From assembly GCA_002269645.1 (NCBI GenBank), contig NIVC01001580.1, positions 180,791-244,790 on the forward strand: 64,000 nucleotides of DNA, in the 5' to 3' direction. The position numbers and the translations under genes were made by a program. Positions 35,757-47,054 of this stretch are shown piece by piece (positions within the stretch are counted from its first letter, which is position 1; every line of letters begins with the position of its first letter). This DNA is from Macrostomum lignano. Lineage: Eukaryota. The notes under the pieces are model-generated. The model did no database searches. It was not told where the DNA came from and worked only from the letters and a program-made list of their open reading frames with translations.

Positions 35757-36134
35757 CTATGACAGAGAGTCGAGCACGCGTTTCACAGTTTTCTTGCTGA
35801 CTTTTTGCTTTCGCTTTCCTCCGCCTGCTCTATTCTTCTTTGCTTTCGTCTTCCTATTCTTAAGCTTTTTCCCACTAGCCTTGCTCGACCTCTTACTGCG
35901 ATTTCCACCAGTTGCCTTTCGGGTGCCCTTCTTTTTCTTCAATCGTTTCGGACTTGCTTCAGTATTTCTTTTGCGCCTGACGTTGCTAAGCGTCGAGGCT
36001 GATGATGATGATATAGCCGCTGGCGGAGGCTGGTATGTCATGATCCCTGGGAAGCTCCCACAGCCATAGAGTGCAGGCTTTTCGTGTCCTGTCCTCACCC
36101 CCGAATATTGCTGGATTAGCTGCTGGTAGTTCAT
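35757..36134 (-). CDS. Lys/Arg-rich putative virion core (DNA-condensing) protein
   Basis: Its ATG overlaps the penton stop (ATGA) and its stop lies 2 nt before the MCP ATG. Very basic C-terminus; LYGCG fits the adenain site (M/L/I)xGx/G. Confidence 0.65.
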   Translation of the reverse strand: MNYQQLIQQYSGVRTGHEKPALYGCGSFPGIMTYQPPPAAISSSSASTLSNVRRKRNTEASPKRLKKKKGTRKATGGNRSKRSSKASGKKLKNRKTKAKKNRAGGGKRKQKVSKKTVKRVLDSLS

Positions 36135-36949
36135 TGAATGCGTTTCTCCTGAATTTGAACTGTAAGCAGAACAGGGCTGTGAGTCTGTGCAATCAGTGGG
36201 CAACCATAGATGTCCCGCAGCTGAACTCGAATGCTGTGAAGAAGACTGATTCGTTGAATCGGGAAGAATATTGTTTTCTTAAATATTTTTGTTTGATAGT
36301 TGCCCCATTCAATGCCAGCTTTCATTCCAACTGTTCTCAACAAGGAGCTCCAGTTGCAATTAGTTGACTCAACGATACTGCAGTGCACATTGATTAAGCT
36401 GGTGCGCGGGCAGCCAATGCAATGCTCGGATACGCGGCTCCCTGGCTGGATTTTCACAGCCTGGTTTCCAAATCCCAGCCAATGCAGAATTTTACTAGAT
36501 GGAAGAAACAGCTCTGCTCTCGCAGTGTTGTTGTGCACCACAGTTCGTGAGTTGCGGATTTCGAACTTCATACCAAATTCCCTGTTGCCACTACGCCCCA
36601 TCAGGCCGGACTCATCAGCCTCCATCTCAGACTCCCTGTCACTCATTGCATCAAAGAACAGCGAATCAGAGTTGGCCAGCAGCTCATTCAGGCGCTCCAC
36701 CAGCTCCTCCACTCTAGCAAAGCGTCCGGGTTGAAGAACCAGGGCCTCATGCTCTCTTCCATCTGAGACAGTGAAGCAGTAAGGCTCGTCAACATTGAAC
36801 CATGCAGCAGGCAGATGGATTTCAGCCAGACCTGCCTCATAGTCCACATTTCGATCCAAGTAAATAGGTGAAGGCAGGTAAAAATTAAAGTCACTAGGAG
36901 TACCTTCAGCATGCTCACTGTTAATCAAAATAGTTCGCATTATAATCAT
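36131..36949 (-). CDS. Minor capsid protein (penton, single jelly-roll/PX)
   Basis: SDFNFYLPSPIYL...YEAGLAEIHLP..WFN...LGF...VHCSIVE...LLRTV...I.V.LRD..G. Confidence 0.85.
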   Translation of the reverse strand: MIIMRTILINSEHAEGTPSDFNFYLPSPIYLDRNVDYEAGLAEIHLPAAWFNVDEPYCFTVSDGREHEALVLQPGRFARVEELVERLNELLANSDSLFFDAMSDRESEMEADESGLMGRSGNREFGMKFEIRNSRTVVHNNTARAELFLPSSKILHWLGFGNQAVKIQPGSRVSEHCIGCPRTSLINVHCSIVESTNCNWSSLLRTVGMKAGIEWGNYQTKIFKKTIFFPIQRISLLHSIRVQLRDIYGCPLIAQTHSPVLLTVQIQEKRIQ

Positions 36950-36977
36950 AAACTACATGATGAGGGCTGTGCCAAAG

Positions 36978-38048
36978 CTAAACCTTTCTTAAGTCTTTTT
37001 CATCCACCCAGCCAGTCGAGTCGTAGCCCGCCCATTTCACCAGATAGCGAATTTTTCCCTTCCGCTTCTCCGTTTTCAGGATCTTCTCAATCACATACAG
37101 CCGCTGTGAGTCCGGGACAGCCTGCAGCTCGTGCTCATGGAAGAGTCCTCGAATCTCTTGCCCCCGCATGTCTTTAATCTTGTACATGTAGGGATAATGT
37201 TTTGGGGCTCTGCTCACCACGGTGTACACTTCCTCACTCCAGCTCGCTTTGTATCCCTTTTTGAATATCCGTGGAGCATTGGAAATTCTCACTGACTGGT
37301 TTTCAGCGAACTTAGGCTTCTTTAATTTTTCTAGAGTCTCGACTGCTTTTCCATCGTACAGGTTCATCCACACTTCAGATTCATTCTCTTTGCAGACACT
37401 AGTGGGTGCCATTTTGATGCTTCTGTGGTAGGTATTGTTGTAGGATTTTACCAGCTTAGGCAGCACATCAAGCCAGTGCAGTGTGCTCTTGTAGGTGAAG
37501 TAGCGCCACATTCTACTTTTCAGAGTTCGATTCCATCGCTCAATGACAGCTGCCTTCTGCTCGCTGTTAGTTGGGAAAGCCAGAATCCCTCTGTCAATGC
37601 AGTATTGACGGAAAGTGGAGTTGATAAATTCCTTCCCCTGATCTGTGCGAACTGTGCGTGGCTGGCGCTTTGAACTTCTCAGTATGCTCTCGAATGCTGA
37701 CTTCACTTCTGCAGCAGATTTATTTTTCAGTGCCTTGGCCCAAGCACATTTTGAGAGCACGTCAATGCATGTGAGAATATATTTGTAGCCTTTATTATGC
37801 TTTGCGAATGGAATCATTTCCACTAAGTCAAGTTCCCACTGATCATCGATTGCGCGCACTATGATTGGGGCCCTTGGATATCGCCTCCTAGCTGGCTTGT
37901 GCAGAGTGTGCACTGGCTGCTCGCTGAGCCACTGCTCAATGCTCTTTGCAGATATTCGATCACCTCTTTGCCTCACTTCATGCAGCAACTTTGAGGCACA
38001 AGAAAAACTAGCCGGTTGCTCAGGTTTCAAATAAATTTTCTCCATCAT
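36978..38048 (-). CDS. Retroviral-like integrase with C-terminal chromodomain (Polinton c-INT)
   Basis: DDQWELDL...IDVLSK, TDQGKEF and ERWNRTLK (DDE intact); KPKF...VRIS...FKKGY...W; IEKIL...YLVKWAGY...WV. Confidence 0.95.
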   Translation of the reverse strand: MMEKIYLKPEQPASFSCASKLLHEVRQRGDRISAKSIEQWLSEQPVHTLHKPARRRYPRAPIIVRAIDDQWELDLVEMIPFAKHNKGYKYILTCIDVLSKCAWAKALKNKSAAEVKSAFESILRSSKRQPRTVRTDQGKEFINSTFRQYCIDRGILAFPTNSEQKAAVIERWNRTLKSRMWRYFTYKSTLHWLDVLPKLVKSYNNTYHRSIKMAPTSVCKENESEVWMNLYDGKAVETLEKLKKPKFAENQSVRISNAPRIFKKGYKASWSEEVYTVVSRAPKHYPYMYKIKDMRGQEIRGLFHEHELQAVPDSQRLYVIEKILKTEKRKGKIRYLVKWAGYDSTGWVDEKDLRKV

Positions 38049-38368
38049 GGGTTTATCAAGATACGTGCCTATCCACCTGCTCTAGCTGTACAGTATTTTT
38101 TCTTAAGTAGAAATTTATATTCCAATTAAATGATAGAGAAACGAGTGGCAAATTAATTTATTACTGTCAGATTGAAACCTCTAACATCGTAACAGTCGGT
38201 GTATTTTCCGAAAGCAAACAATCCATAAAAACGAACACTAAAACACTCGCACACCAGCATTTCAGAAATAGCAGAGATAAAAAACAGCATAGTGCCGTCA
38301 GGCTGGATAATCATGTGCAAGCTAAAAGTAATTTAGTTAGTCCAATGCATTCAAAGCATTCTAGCTGT

Positions 38369-39145
38369 TCAGTTATCAAAGCGAACATTGGGCTGCAGCC
38401 TCATCGCGTCCTGCCGACGAAGTTGAAATGGCAGCTTTCGCTTCCTGCTGCTGCTGCTCACCGTCGAAGCCGCTGCATGCGCCCTGAACTGATACCACAC
38501 CGGATCTTCCTCAAGGTTGGTGTCCCGCTGCGGAAGCAGTCCAGCATCAGAATCAACCGAAGGTATCGGTGTGGATGTGATTGGCTCAGTCACAATGCGC
38601 GGCCTTGTGGGCGAGCTAACGTCCTCGTCATCAGCATGATCTCCGCCCTCATCAGTCTCCATTATGGGCTTCGTGTCCTGGTCAGCCTCCAACTTGAGCT
38701 TCTTGTCCTCTTCCTCCTCTTCCTCATCAGACTCCAGCTCGTACTGCATTGTGTTCCTCAAGGGAGCCACCAGCTGACCGTCGATCCAGGAGGCGATTTT
38801 CCAGAGCTTCTGCCACAGCGGCGGAGTCAGTGGTACGGCGTTTCGTCTCAAAAACTCCTCGCAGCAATCTTCCGGCAGCCGTTTGAGCCAAATGATGCCG
38901 CCTTTGACTTCCACAAACTTATCGAAGCCGAGTTTCACGACCTTGGGCTCGTTGTTGCGTGCAGAAATCACAAGTGAGCGTTTCACCTCCTTCAATTTCT
39001 TCCATTGGTGAACATTCAGGTTGAATCCTGGGACGCCTGGCTTCAGACTTGCCGTGCTGCCGTGTCGGTAAAACTTGCGAATAGCGATAAATTTTTGTCC
39101 TTCAAACTCCTGGACTTGTGCCTTATAGCCTTCACAGATGTCCAT
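38369..39145 (-). CDS. Tandem PC4/Sub1-like ssDNA-binding or transcription coactivator protein with an acidic tail
   Basis: AQVQEFEGQKFIAIRKFY...LKPGVPGFNLNVHQWKKLKE resembles PC4 VSVRDFKGKVLIDIREYW...[20 protein letters not shown]. A second, degenerate copy follows (KFVEV...IWLKR...VPLTPPLWQKL). Confidence 0.8.
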   Translation of the reverse strand: MDICEGYKAQVQEFEGQKFIAIRKFYRHGSTASLKPGVPGFNLNVHQWKKLKEVKRSLVISARNNEPKVVKLGFDKFVEVKGGIIWLKRLPEDCCEEFLRRNAVPLTPPLWQKLWKIASWIDGQLVAPLRNTMQYELESDEEEEEEDKKLKLEADQDTKPIMETDEGGDHADDEDVSSPTRPRIVTEPITSTPIPSVDSDAGLLPQRDTNLEEDPVWYQFRAHAAASTVSSSSRKRKLPFQLRRQDAMRLQPNVRFDN

Positions 39146-39249
39146 TTTCCTTTCGCAATTGAAAACTCACAAAAGTTAAAAGCTGAGGAAAATTTCGGAT
39201 GAAATTTTGGATTTGAAAAATTGAGAATTCTTTCTTGTCAATTTCGGGG

Positions 39250-39257
39250 CTTATATA
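39250..39257 (-). promoter_or_regulatory. TATA box (TATATAAG) for the right-arm PC4-like gene
   Basis: About 105 nt upstream of the ATG at 39145; a CCAAT-type motif lies near 39306 and within the adjacent repeats. Confidence 0.5.
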
Positions 39258-39352
39258 CCCTCGACCGAACCACCCCAAACCACCCATCCCACTCCGGGCT
39301 CTGTGATTGGCTCTTTCGCAAACATTATTTCCAATTACATAGATTAACATCT

Positions 39353-39570
39353 TATCTCTGCAGTGTTAACCACCCCCAATGCAAAGAGATAGGCCGCCTC
39401 TCCTCCTATCTCTGCAGTGTTAACCACCCCCAATGCAAAGAGATAGGCCGCCTCTCCTCCTATCTCTGCAGTGTTAACCACCCCCAATGCAAAGAGATAG
39501 GCCGCCTCTCCTCCTATCTCTGCAGTGTTAACCATCTCCAGTGTAAAGAAATAGGCCGCCTCTTCTCCTA
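39353..39570. repeat. Subterminal 54-bp tandem repeat (about 4 copies), a variant of the TIR 47-mer
   Basis: Unit TATCTCTGCAGTGTTAACCACCCCCAATGCAAAGAGATAGGCCGCCTCTCCTCC starting at 39353, 39407, 39461 and 39515. Confidence 0.9.
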
Positions 39571-39586
39571 TCACTCCTGTGTTAAG

Positions 39587-39926
39587 CAGAGATAGAGCTC
39601 ATATCTCTGCAGTGCTTAGCCGTCCCCAATGCACAGAGATAGAGCTCATATCTCTGCAGTGCTTAGCCGTCCCCAATGCACAGAGATAGAGCTCATATCT
39701 CTGCAGTGCTTAGCCGTCCCCAATGCACAGAGATAGAGCTCATATCTCTGCAGTGCTTAGCCGTCCCCAATGCACAGAGATAGAGCTCATATCTCTGCAG
39801 TGCTTAGCCGTCCCCAATGCACAGAGATAGGGCTCATATCTCCGCAGTGTATTTTTCCCTATACATTTGCATTGCCGCCTATCTCGCCAGTGCTAGTGCG
39901 GCAGTATCATAATTCGCCCTACTACT
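39587..39926 (-). repeat. Right TIR of the Polinton
   Basis: Reverse complement of 13748-14087; ends ...CCCTACTACT. Confidence 0.95.
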
Positions 39927-40277
39927 CACGACATCTCACCGGGCGGATCATTGCGTCTCCGTAAATCGAGCGTCAGCTTCTAGAGCGGCTTCTTGCTTGC
40001 GTAGAGTCAGGAGGCGCACCCTTTCTCCGCGAGCTCCTCGTGGGCCTCTCCACGTCCTCTGCCTTTTGCTATTTCTGGAACTGTTATCCGTGTCTAGTTC
40101 TTCTCGACGTGGGTCAGTCGGGGCGTTGAGTTCCAGTTGCGTTGCTTCGTGGTGAGCAGCCAAGCGTTCCCTGAGTACTGCCTTACGGCCGTTTGTAGAG
40201 AGATCTGCCTGTCTAAGCGCGGCCTTCAGGCCTTTCACAGTCTCGGGCATATGCACTCTGTGGTTTGAGACAGCCAT
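39927..40277 (-). mobile_element. 5' half of the interrupted DIRS/Ngaro-like gag with an N-terminal SAP domain (includes the right 169-bp duplicate, 39927-40095)
   Basis: TVKGLKAALRQADLSTNGRKAVLRERL is a SAP motif; the sequence is continuous with 13746 and below. Confidence 0.6.
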
Positions 40278-40451
40278 TGCTACGCGGGGGTAAAAAAAAT
40301 CAACGCAGCGAGAACAAGCGATTTCAGCTCAAAACAAGGCCTAAAGGGCACAGAACACAACCAACCACCCACCCCAACGCCGCAAACCCACCCCCCACGC
40401 GTGGAGCCAAACAACCCCACGTTAGTCCACGCTGTACAAGTCGGCTAGGCA

Positions 40452-41450
40452 AACCGGTCAGACAGCACAATACTGATAGAACAGACAGCACAATACTGAT
40501 AGAACAGACAGCACAATACTGATAGAACAGACAGCACAATACTGATAGAACAGACAGCACAATACTGATAGAACAGACAGCACAATACTGATAGAACAGA
40601 CAGCACAATACTGATAGAACAGACAGCACAATACTGATAGAACAGACAGCACAATACTGATAGAACAGACAGCACAATACTGATAGAACAGACAGCACAA
40701 TACTGATAGAACAGACAGTACAATGCTGATAGAACAGACAGTACAATACTGATAGAACAGACAGTACAATACTGATAGAACAGACAGTACAATACTGATA
40801 GAACAGACAGTACAATGCTGATAGAACAGACAGCACAATACTGATAGAACAGACAGTACAATGCTGATAGAACAGACAGTACAATACTGATAGAACAGAC
40901 AGTACAATGCTGATAGAACAGACAGTACAATACTGATAGAACAGACAGTACAATACTGATAGAACAGACAGTACAATACTGATAGAACAGACAGTACAAT
41001 ACTGATAGAACAGACAGCACAATGCTGATAGAACAGACAGCACAATACGGATAGAACAGACAGCTCAATACTGATAGAACAGACAGCACAATACTGATAG
41101 AACAGACAGTACAATACTGATAGAACAGACAGTACAATGCTGATAGAGCACACAGCACAATACTGATAGAACAGACAGCTCAATACTGATAGAACAGTCA
41201 GTACAATACTGATAGAACAGACAGCTCAATACTGATAGAACAGACAGTACAATACTGATAGAACAGACAGTACAATACTGATAGAACAGACAGCACAATA
41301 CTGATAGAACAGACAGTACAATACTGATAGAACAGACAGTACAATACTGATAGAACAGACAGCACAATACTGATAGAACAGACAGCTCAATACTGATAGA
41401 ACAGACAGTACAATACTGATAGAACAGACAGTACAATACTGATAGAACAG
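40452..41450. repeat. 23-bp satellite (ACTGATAGAACAGACAGCACAAT)n, array 1
   Basis: Tandem copies read directly. Confidence 0.97.
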
Positions 41451-41685
41451 TTACTTAGTAGATTAAATCAGTATCAGTAATGAAACACTTCAGAAAAGCC
41501 TCATGCGCTCGTAGCAGCAAAACGTTAATGTTTTCAGCTGGTACTTCAATTTATTGGAAATCCGAGTCTAAAAACTTTGAATTAACTGCGAACAGCATCT
41601 GTATACGAGCGTATTGGCATAAGCATGTGAATAAGTAACTACTTCAATGAACAGAGTGCATTATTGCGTTGCTCAGTTTTGATGC

Positions 41686-44600
41686 TCAAACTTGCAGCAT
41701 CAGCCGCACTTCACGAAGAGACACAATAGTAGAGCCAGAGTGCCATATCATATAGCCGTAATTTCGTCTACCTCGCGAAGGAAAAAGTCCGTTAGGGTTG
41801 GCGTTATAGCAGTTTTTAAACCACCAGCCTCCTTTTCCAGGAGTGCTTGAGCATGAACCAGAGCCATTCTCCTTGTCCATCGTGGAGAACCGCATGCCTC
41901 TTTGGGTCTTCAACGCGTCAATGCTGACACTGGACCTGTCCCTCAGCATCTCTCGGTACGTCATCCGATACCCAGTGCTGGCGTCTCCCACCTGGAATCC
42001 CGCGTACTCCGCATGCAGCTCAGAGCCTCTCCACAGCTTCATCTCCACTCTGAGGGTGACGCCGCCCTGGCTGAGCGAGTGGATGGCGGAGAGACCTGCG
42101 GGAAGAGAGCGGCTGAGTCTGAGTCACTTCTGCTCGGCTTGTCGCCGCTGCAGCCAGGTGAGTCGCCATTCGGATGTTGAGTAAAATATTTTACCAGTGT
42201 GCGTTTCATAGCAGATAGTGGAACTAAACTGGTTTATTGCAAAAGCTAAATGTTCTATTTTAAGCCTTCTGATATCCCAGATGAGCAGCCTTTTTGCTTT
42301 TCTATTTCTGCAATTTGGGTTTTTAAATTGTATCAGATCAAGACGAATTGTCATCGAAATACTTCGGTTTGCATTCTTGACTGCGACTCAGAGCAATTAC
42401 TTGTCGGAGACAAGCGAACTTCAAACATTTTCAAAAGTACGTCATTCATCTATTATAAGGCTGTTATGAGGCTTTTTAATCTTATACATGGCATAAAAGG
42501 TGCAAATCTTTATTAGTTAAAAATGGCTTCAGTAACAGGCTTTCTGCAAACTGAAGAGAAATAAACGCAAAAACGAATTGGCTGGCGCTGCTCTGGCTGG
42601 CGCTGCTCTGGCTGGCGCTGCTCTGGCTGGCGCTGCTCTGGCTGGCGCTGCTCTGGCTGGTGCTACTCTGGCTGGTGCTGCTCTGGCTGGTGCTTCTCCA
42701 TTTCAACAAATGCACTGTGGTTGCCAACACAGCAAGCCCGCGTGTCTTGTTCGAACAGCTTGTGAAGGGCCGATCTGTTTTTTCACTGCTCTTCGCTTCA
42801 GATTAGCTTTGGGACTTCCATTTTTCGAAATTTTCTTTGTCTGAACGGAGTTTCAAAATCATTTTCATTGGTAAGTCCAGAAAACTTTTATCTTTCATTT
42901 TACTTCATCTGAAGCACACTATTGGATATCGACGGTCCTAGCGGTATAAAAACCACAGTCAGTCCACAGTCAAGACTGCACACACAGTCTTGAGCCAAGG
43001 AAACCCAAACTTGGATTCAGGACTCTCCTCGCACTCAGAACCGAAGAACGGATGGTCTCATCTTTTTGGTGAGCTCGAGGAAAATAATGGCAGCAGCTTA
43101 CTGGTTTACCTGAAGCAGCCCGAGGACCCGAAACGCAAATCAGTCGGGAAAGGTCAATGTAGAGCATTGCCGTCATGCCGCAAATTGGACTTAATATCCT
43201 ATTAAAAGGGCGGGCAGCTAAGCTTTTTATCAATCTTTCATCCGTTGAAAGTGCATGAGTCAACTAGCGTTTCATCATAAGATTCACATGATCAGCTACC
43301 ACTCCCGTTATACAATACGAGTATTAGTTGATGCAAAACTGCCGCTCACCGATCCAGAAGTCAGTGCCGTCACCGAACCCAGTCTCGTACTCAGTCCAGT
43401 TTCGTTGGAAACTCACTCTGCCGGTAAGTCGCTGCTGTATCTTCACAAACCAGCGACCGTCTGGAAGCATTTGAAACACCGCTGTGCGTTGGTCAGTGGC
43501 GCTGTGAAGCTTGGCGCAGGACTTCAGACTGGAGCAGCTGACTGCATCTTCAGACGCTTTCATTCTCCATGACGAATCGATTTGGCTGGACTTGGAGAGG
43601 CACTGCTCAGCAACCAGCGATTTCACCCGCCACTGCACGTGTCGCCACAGGTCAGCGGGCTCCGCCAGCAGAGCAGTCCTGGAAATCGTCAAATCCTTTC
43701 TTGAACGGTGCAGTTCTACATAGAGATCTCTACCTATAAAAATGAAAACTCTGTGTCTGTGTGTTCGCGATTGCCTTTGCCTTTTGAGGCAATTTGTTTT
43801 TGCCTCAAATCCTAATTTTACATGAATGTACTCTATTTTAAATTAACTCTATTCTAACTATTAACAAGTTTTTGTTTCAGTTTGACCTCAGATTGTAGAA
43901 TACATGCAAAAATAGTACTGTTTTCTCAGGGTTCAAAATGGAATTCCCTGGGTTTAATATCCGCGGGTTTCAACAGCTTGTTTCTTATAAATTACTATCA
44001 AATCAAATAATTCTATTGGATCCGATAGCTGAATAGCAACCAAGCTGGTACTGAAAGAATTTTTAGTACTCTCGCTAAGACAGCTAAGTCCTGCTCAGTA
44101 AATAACATCTATTTAACAAAACAAAAGCTTCAAATTTTGTCTAATGAAAGTTCAAACCTTCTTAGACAAAATGTCAGCTAACCTGAGATCGCGGCACTCC
44201 GTCAAGGTTCTGCAGAGCAGCCGCACCTGAGCGGACCTCCAGTCTGCCGACGCCATCAGCGGACCCACCTCGAACCGAGCACTCAACGAAGAGCTCACCG
44301 ACCTCTCAGCAGTCCATAGCCGCATGAAGTCGACCGAGCGAGGCGACAAGTCGGCCAACTGAGTCCTCACAGCATCGCGTGTGGCCTCATCTTGCAGCAC
44401 CAGATCCAGCTTCAGGTAGTGCATGTCTCGGCTGTAGTCATACCTGACTGACTCGCTGCTCAAGCTGGAGATGTTGTGGCACAGCAGAGGCTCGATGAGA
44501 AAGTGGCCCTCAATGTCGAGTGTCTGGTGCACTCGGGCAGAGCAGTTCTCTAGTTTGACGGTGCGGATGAATTTCAGCTGTCGGCATGTCGGCAGAGGTA

Positions 44601-45324
44601 AGAATCTTTGCCGGTGCAAGTCCAGATCGAAAATGCTGTCGTTTTGCAGCATTACGCGGCTCTGAACCTCATGACAAGATCCGTTTGAAATGATAAAAGC
44701 TGATATCTGCACTTTTTCAAGAGCCTCTTGTGGTGAGCTTCCAAAGTCATCACTGCGCTTCAGCTGGGTATATACTGATTGAAAATACCGGAGGGGTAAA
44801 CTTTCCTGTAAAATCATTAGACGTGAAACTTCACTTGAATCGTTCTTCAAAACAATCCTTTTGAAGCCGAGTCTCAGAGTGGCTACTGGCTCATCCGGAG
44901 TCCACAGGAAGCTGAAAACCCAAGCCGATGAGCGGGTGTCGGCTGAGACGCTGATGTTGGTCACTGTGGCGAAGCTCACAGACCTCGGTGACAGATGCCG
45001 CAGTTGACGCTGAGCCTCTGCGAGCATCCCAGCCTCCCTCATCAATACAGGGACGCTGAAGTACAGCTGCTGGGTGATGAAGTCGAATCGGGGAACAATG
45101 CCTCTCAGGCTGTCCGTCACGCACATGAGCGGCTCGACTGCCAAGTGCGGACCGTCGCTCGCTCCCGTGTCGTGCACGAACAGCGCGCAGCCGTTCACGC
45201 TGAGCTGCGCCACGAAGCGGAGCCGCGGAGAGTCAGCGGGAGAGCACTGGGAGACCTGGCCGGCTGCCAGCGAGCAGAGCAGCAGGGCCAACGCTGCAGA
45301 AACTCGCAACTGAAAGAGCTGCAT
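41686..45324 (-). CDS. Secreted fibrinogen-related protein A (signal peptide + two copies of an unrecognised domain + FReD)
   Basis: Exon 45324 to about 44160; FReD exons ending at 43350 (IQQRLTGRVSFQRNWTEYETGFG...FWIG) and 42095-41686 (GLSAIHSL...FST.DKEN...GGWWFKNCYNANPNG) joined by a phase-1 intron; TATATAAG near 45420. Confidence 0.8.
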
Positions 45325-46237
45325 GGCTTGAGATGCAAGTGTAGGGCTTGAATGTAGTTCAACTTTATTGCCTTGGTTTGCACAATCAGATGCGAAATGC
45401 GGGCTGTGCGCTGCACCGGCTTATATAGAGCTCACACAGGGTTGGGGGCATGCCATCCAATAGTGAAAGTCGCAATAGCGTAAATCAGTCGAACCTCTCA
45501 GCTGGGTGCATCCGAACCCCCAGTCAAACTGTCGAGCTGTTTAGTGCCTGTGCATTCGTGCTGCACCAGCTGAAGTCCCTGGCCACCACAAGGCACGGCT
45601 TTGTTTCTGCGAACTGAAAAATTTAAAGAACTGCGCGTGACCGCAGGCTGCAGTATTCCATTTAGAAATGGCTGTCAACCAGCGCATCTTGTAAGCAAAT
45701 TAATTTATTAAGTCAGGTTTTCTTAGTCTTCTTCATTTCTGCTTTTAGCGCATCATCTGAACGAAATAAATTTCCTAAATATAAATTCAACAGAGGCGTC
45801 TGTAATCTGTCTGTCTGAATCTGTCTTTGTCGAGTGCACCAAACGCCTGCGAGCTAACTCACAGATCAGGAGGAGAGCCTCAGAAATGATGAGACGGCAG
45901 TAGAGTATAAATAAATGACGGGAAACCCTTGAAGTGGGAATCCGAGCAACTGTAGCTTGGCGACTGTAGCGCTACTCTTATTCTGCTACAGAATAAAGTC
46001 AGTCAGTCGCGCTGGTCTATCTTGAATGCTGTTAATTAAAAAGCCAGTTGTTTTCATTTCGACAGTCAATCGAGAATTTACGAGTACATGGCACACAAAA
46101 ATCAATCAAACGGAATACTAAAACGAACTACGGGAATTCCCCTTTGGCAGTTGATCTCCGGCATTTCCCCTCCGGAATTTACCTGCCAGCACTTTCCCTC
46201 TGGCAGCAGAGGGAATCTGGCATCATTCCTTCTGGCC

Positions 46238-46712
46238 AAAGGGGAAGTGCTGGATTGGAAACGCCGAAGAAGAAACGCCAAAGGGGAAGTGCTGGATTGG
46301 AAACGCCGAAGAAGAAACGCCAGAGGGGAAGTGCTGGATTGGAAACGCCGAAGAAGAAACGCCAGAGAGGAAGTGCTGGATTGGAAACGCCGAAGAAGAA
46401 ACGCCAGAGGGGAAGTGCTGGATTGGAAACACCGAAGAAGAAACGCCAGAGGGGAAGTGCTGGATTGGAAACGCCGAAGAAGAAACGCCAGAGGGGAAGT
46501 GCTGGATTGGAAACGCCGAAGAAGAAACGCCAGAGGGGAAGTGCTGGATTGGAAACACCGAAGAAGAAACGCCAGAGGGGAAGTGCTGGATTGGAAACGC
46601 CGAAGAAGAAACGCCAGAGGGGAAGTGCTGGATTGGAAACGCCGAAGAAGAAACGCCAGAGGGGAAGTGCTGGATTGGAAACGCCGAAGAAGAAACGCCA
46701 GAGGGGAAGTGC
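46238..46712 (+). repeat. 42-bp tandem repeat x11, encoding (QRGSAGLETPKKKR)n in one frame
   Basis: Tandem copies read directly; contained in ORF 46048-46785. Confidence 0.9.
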
Positions 46713-47054
46713 TGAAGGTGAAGTTCCGGAGGTAATATGCCGGATCGGAGGAGAAGTTCCAGAGAGAAAGTGTCGGAATGGATGAAAATATGAAAGGGCA
46801 GAGGCGGAGGGGAAATGTCAGAGGTGAAGGCCAGAGGGAAAGTTTACTATTGTCAGGAGGGAATGATTGAGTGATAGTGCCGGAAAGGAAATGCCAGAGG
46901 GGAATATGGATGTGGATATAGCGCAACTCGTATCAAAATATTTTCAATCGCCTTATTACACAGCGAACTGCATCAATTCAGCTCCACTGTGTCTCTAAAG
47001 ACTGGCGACTTTGATTCATGTTTGAAAAAATGGCTTGCTATTCTTAATGTTAAA

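Noticed and set aside
42588-42695. (AGAAL)n ORF 42578-42844
   Set aside because: A 15-bp intronic minisatellite within FREP-A, on the opposite strand.
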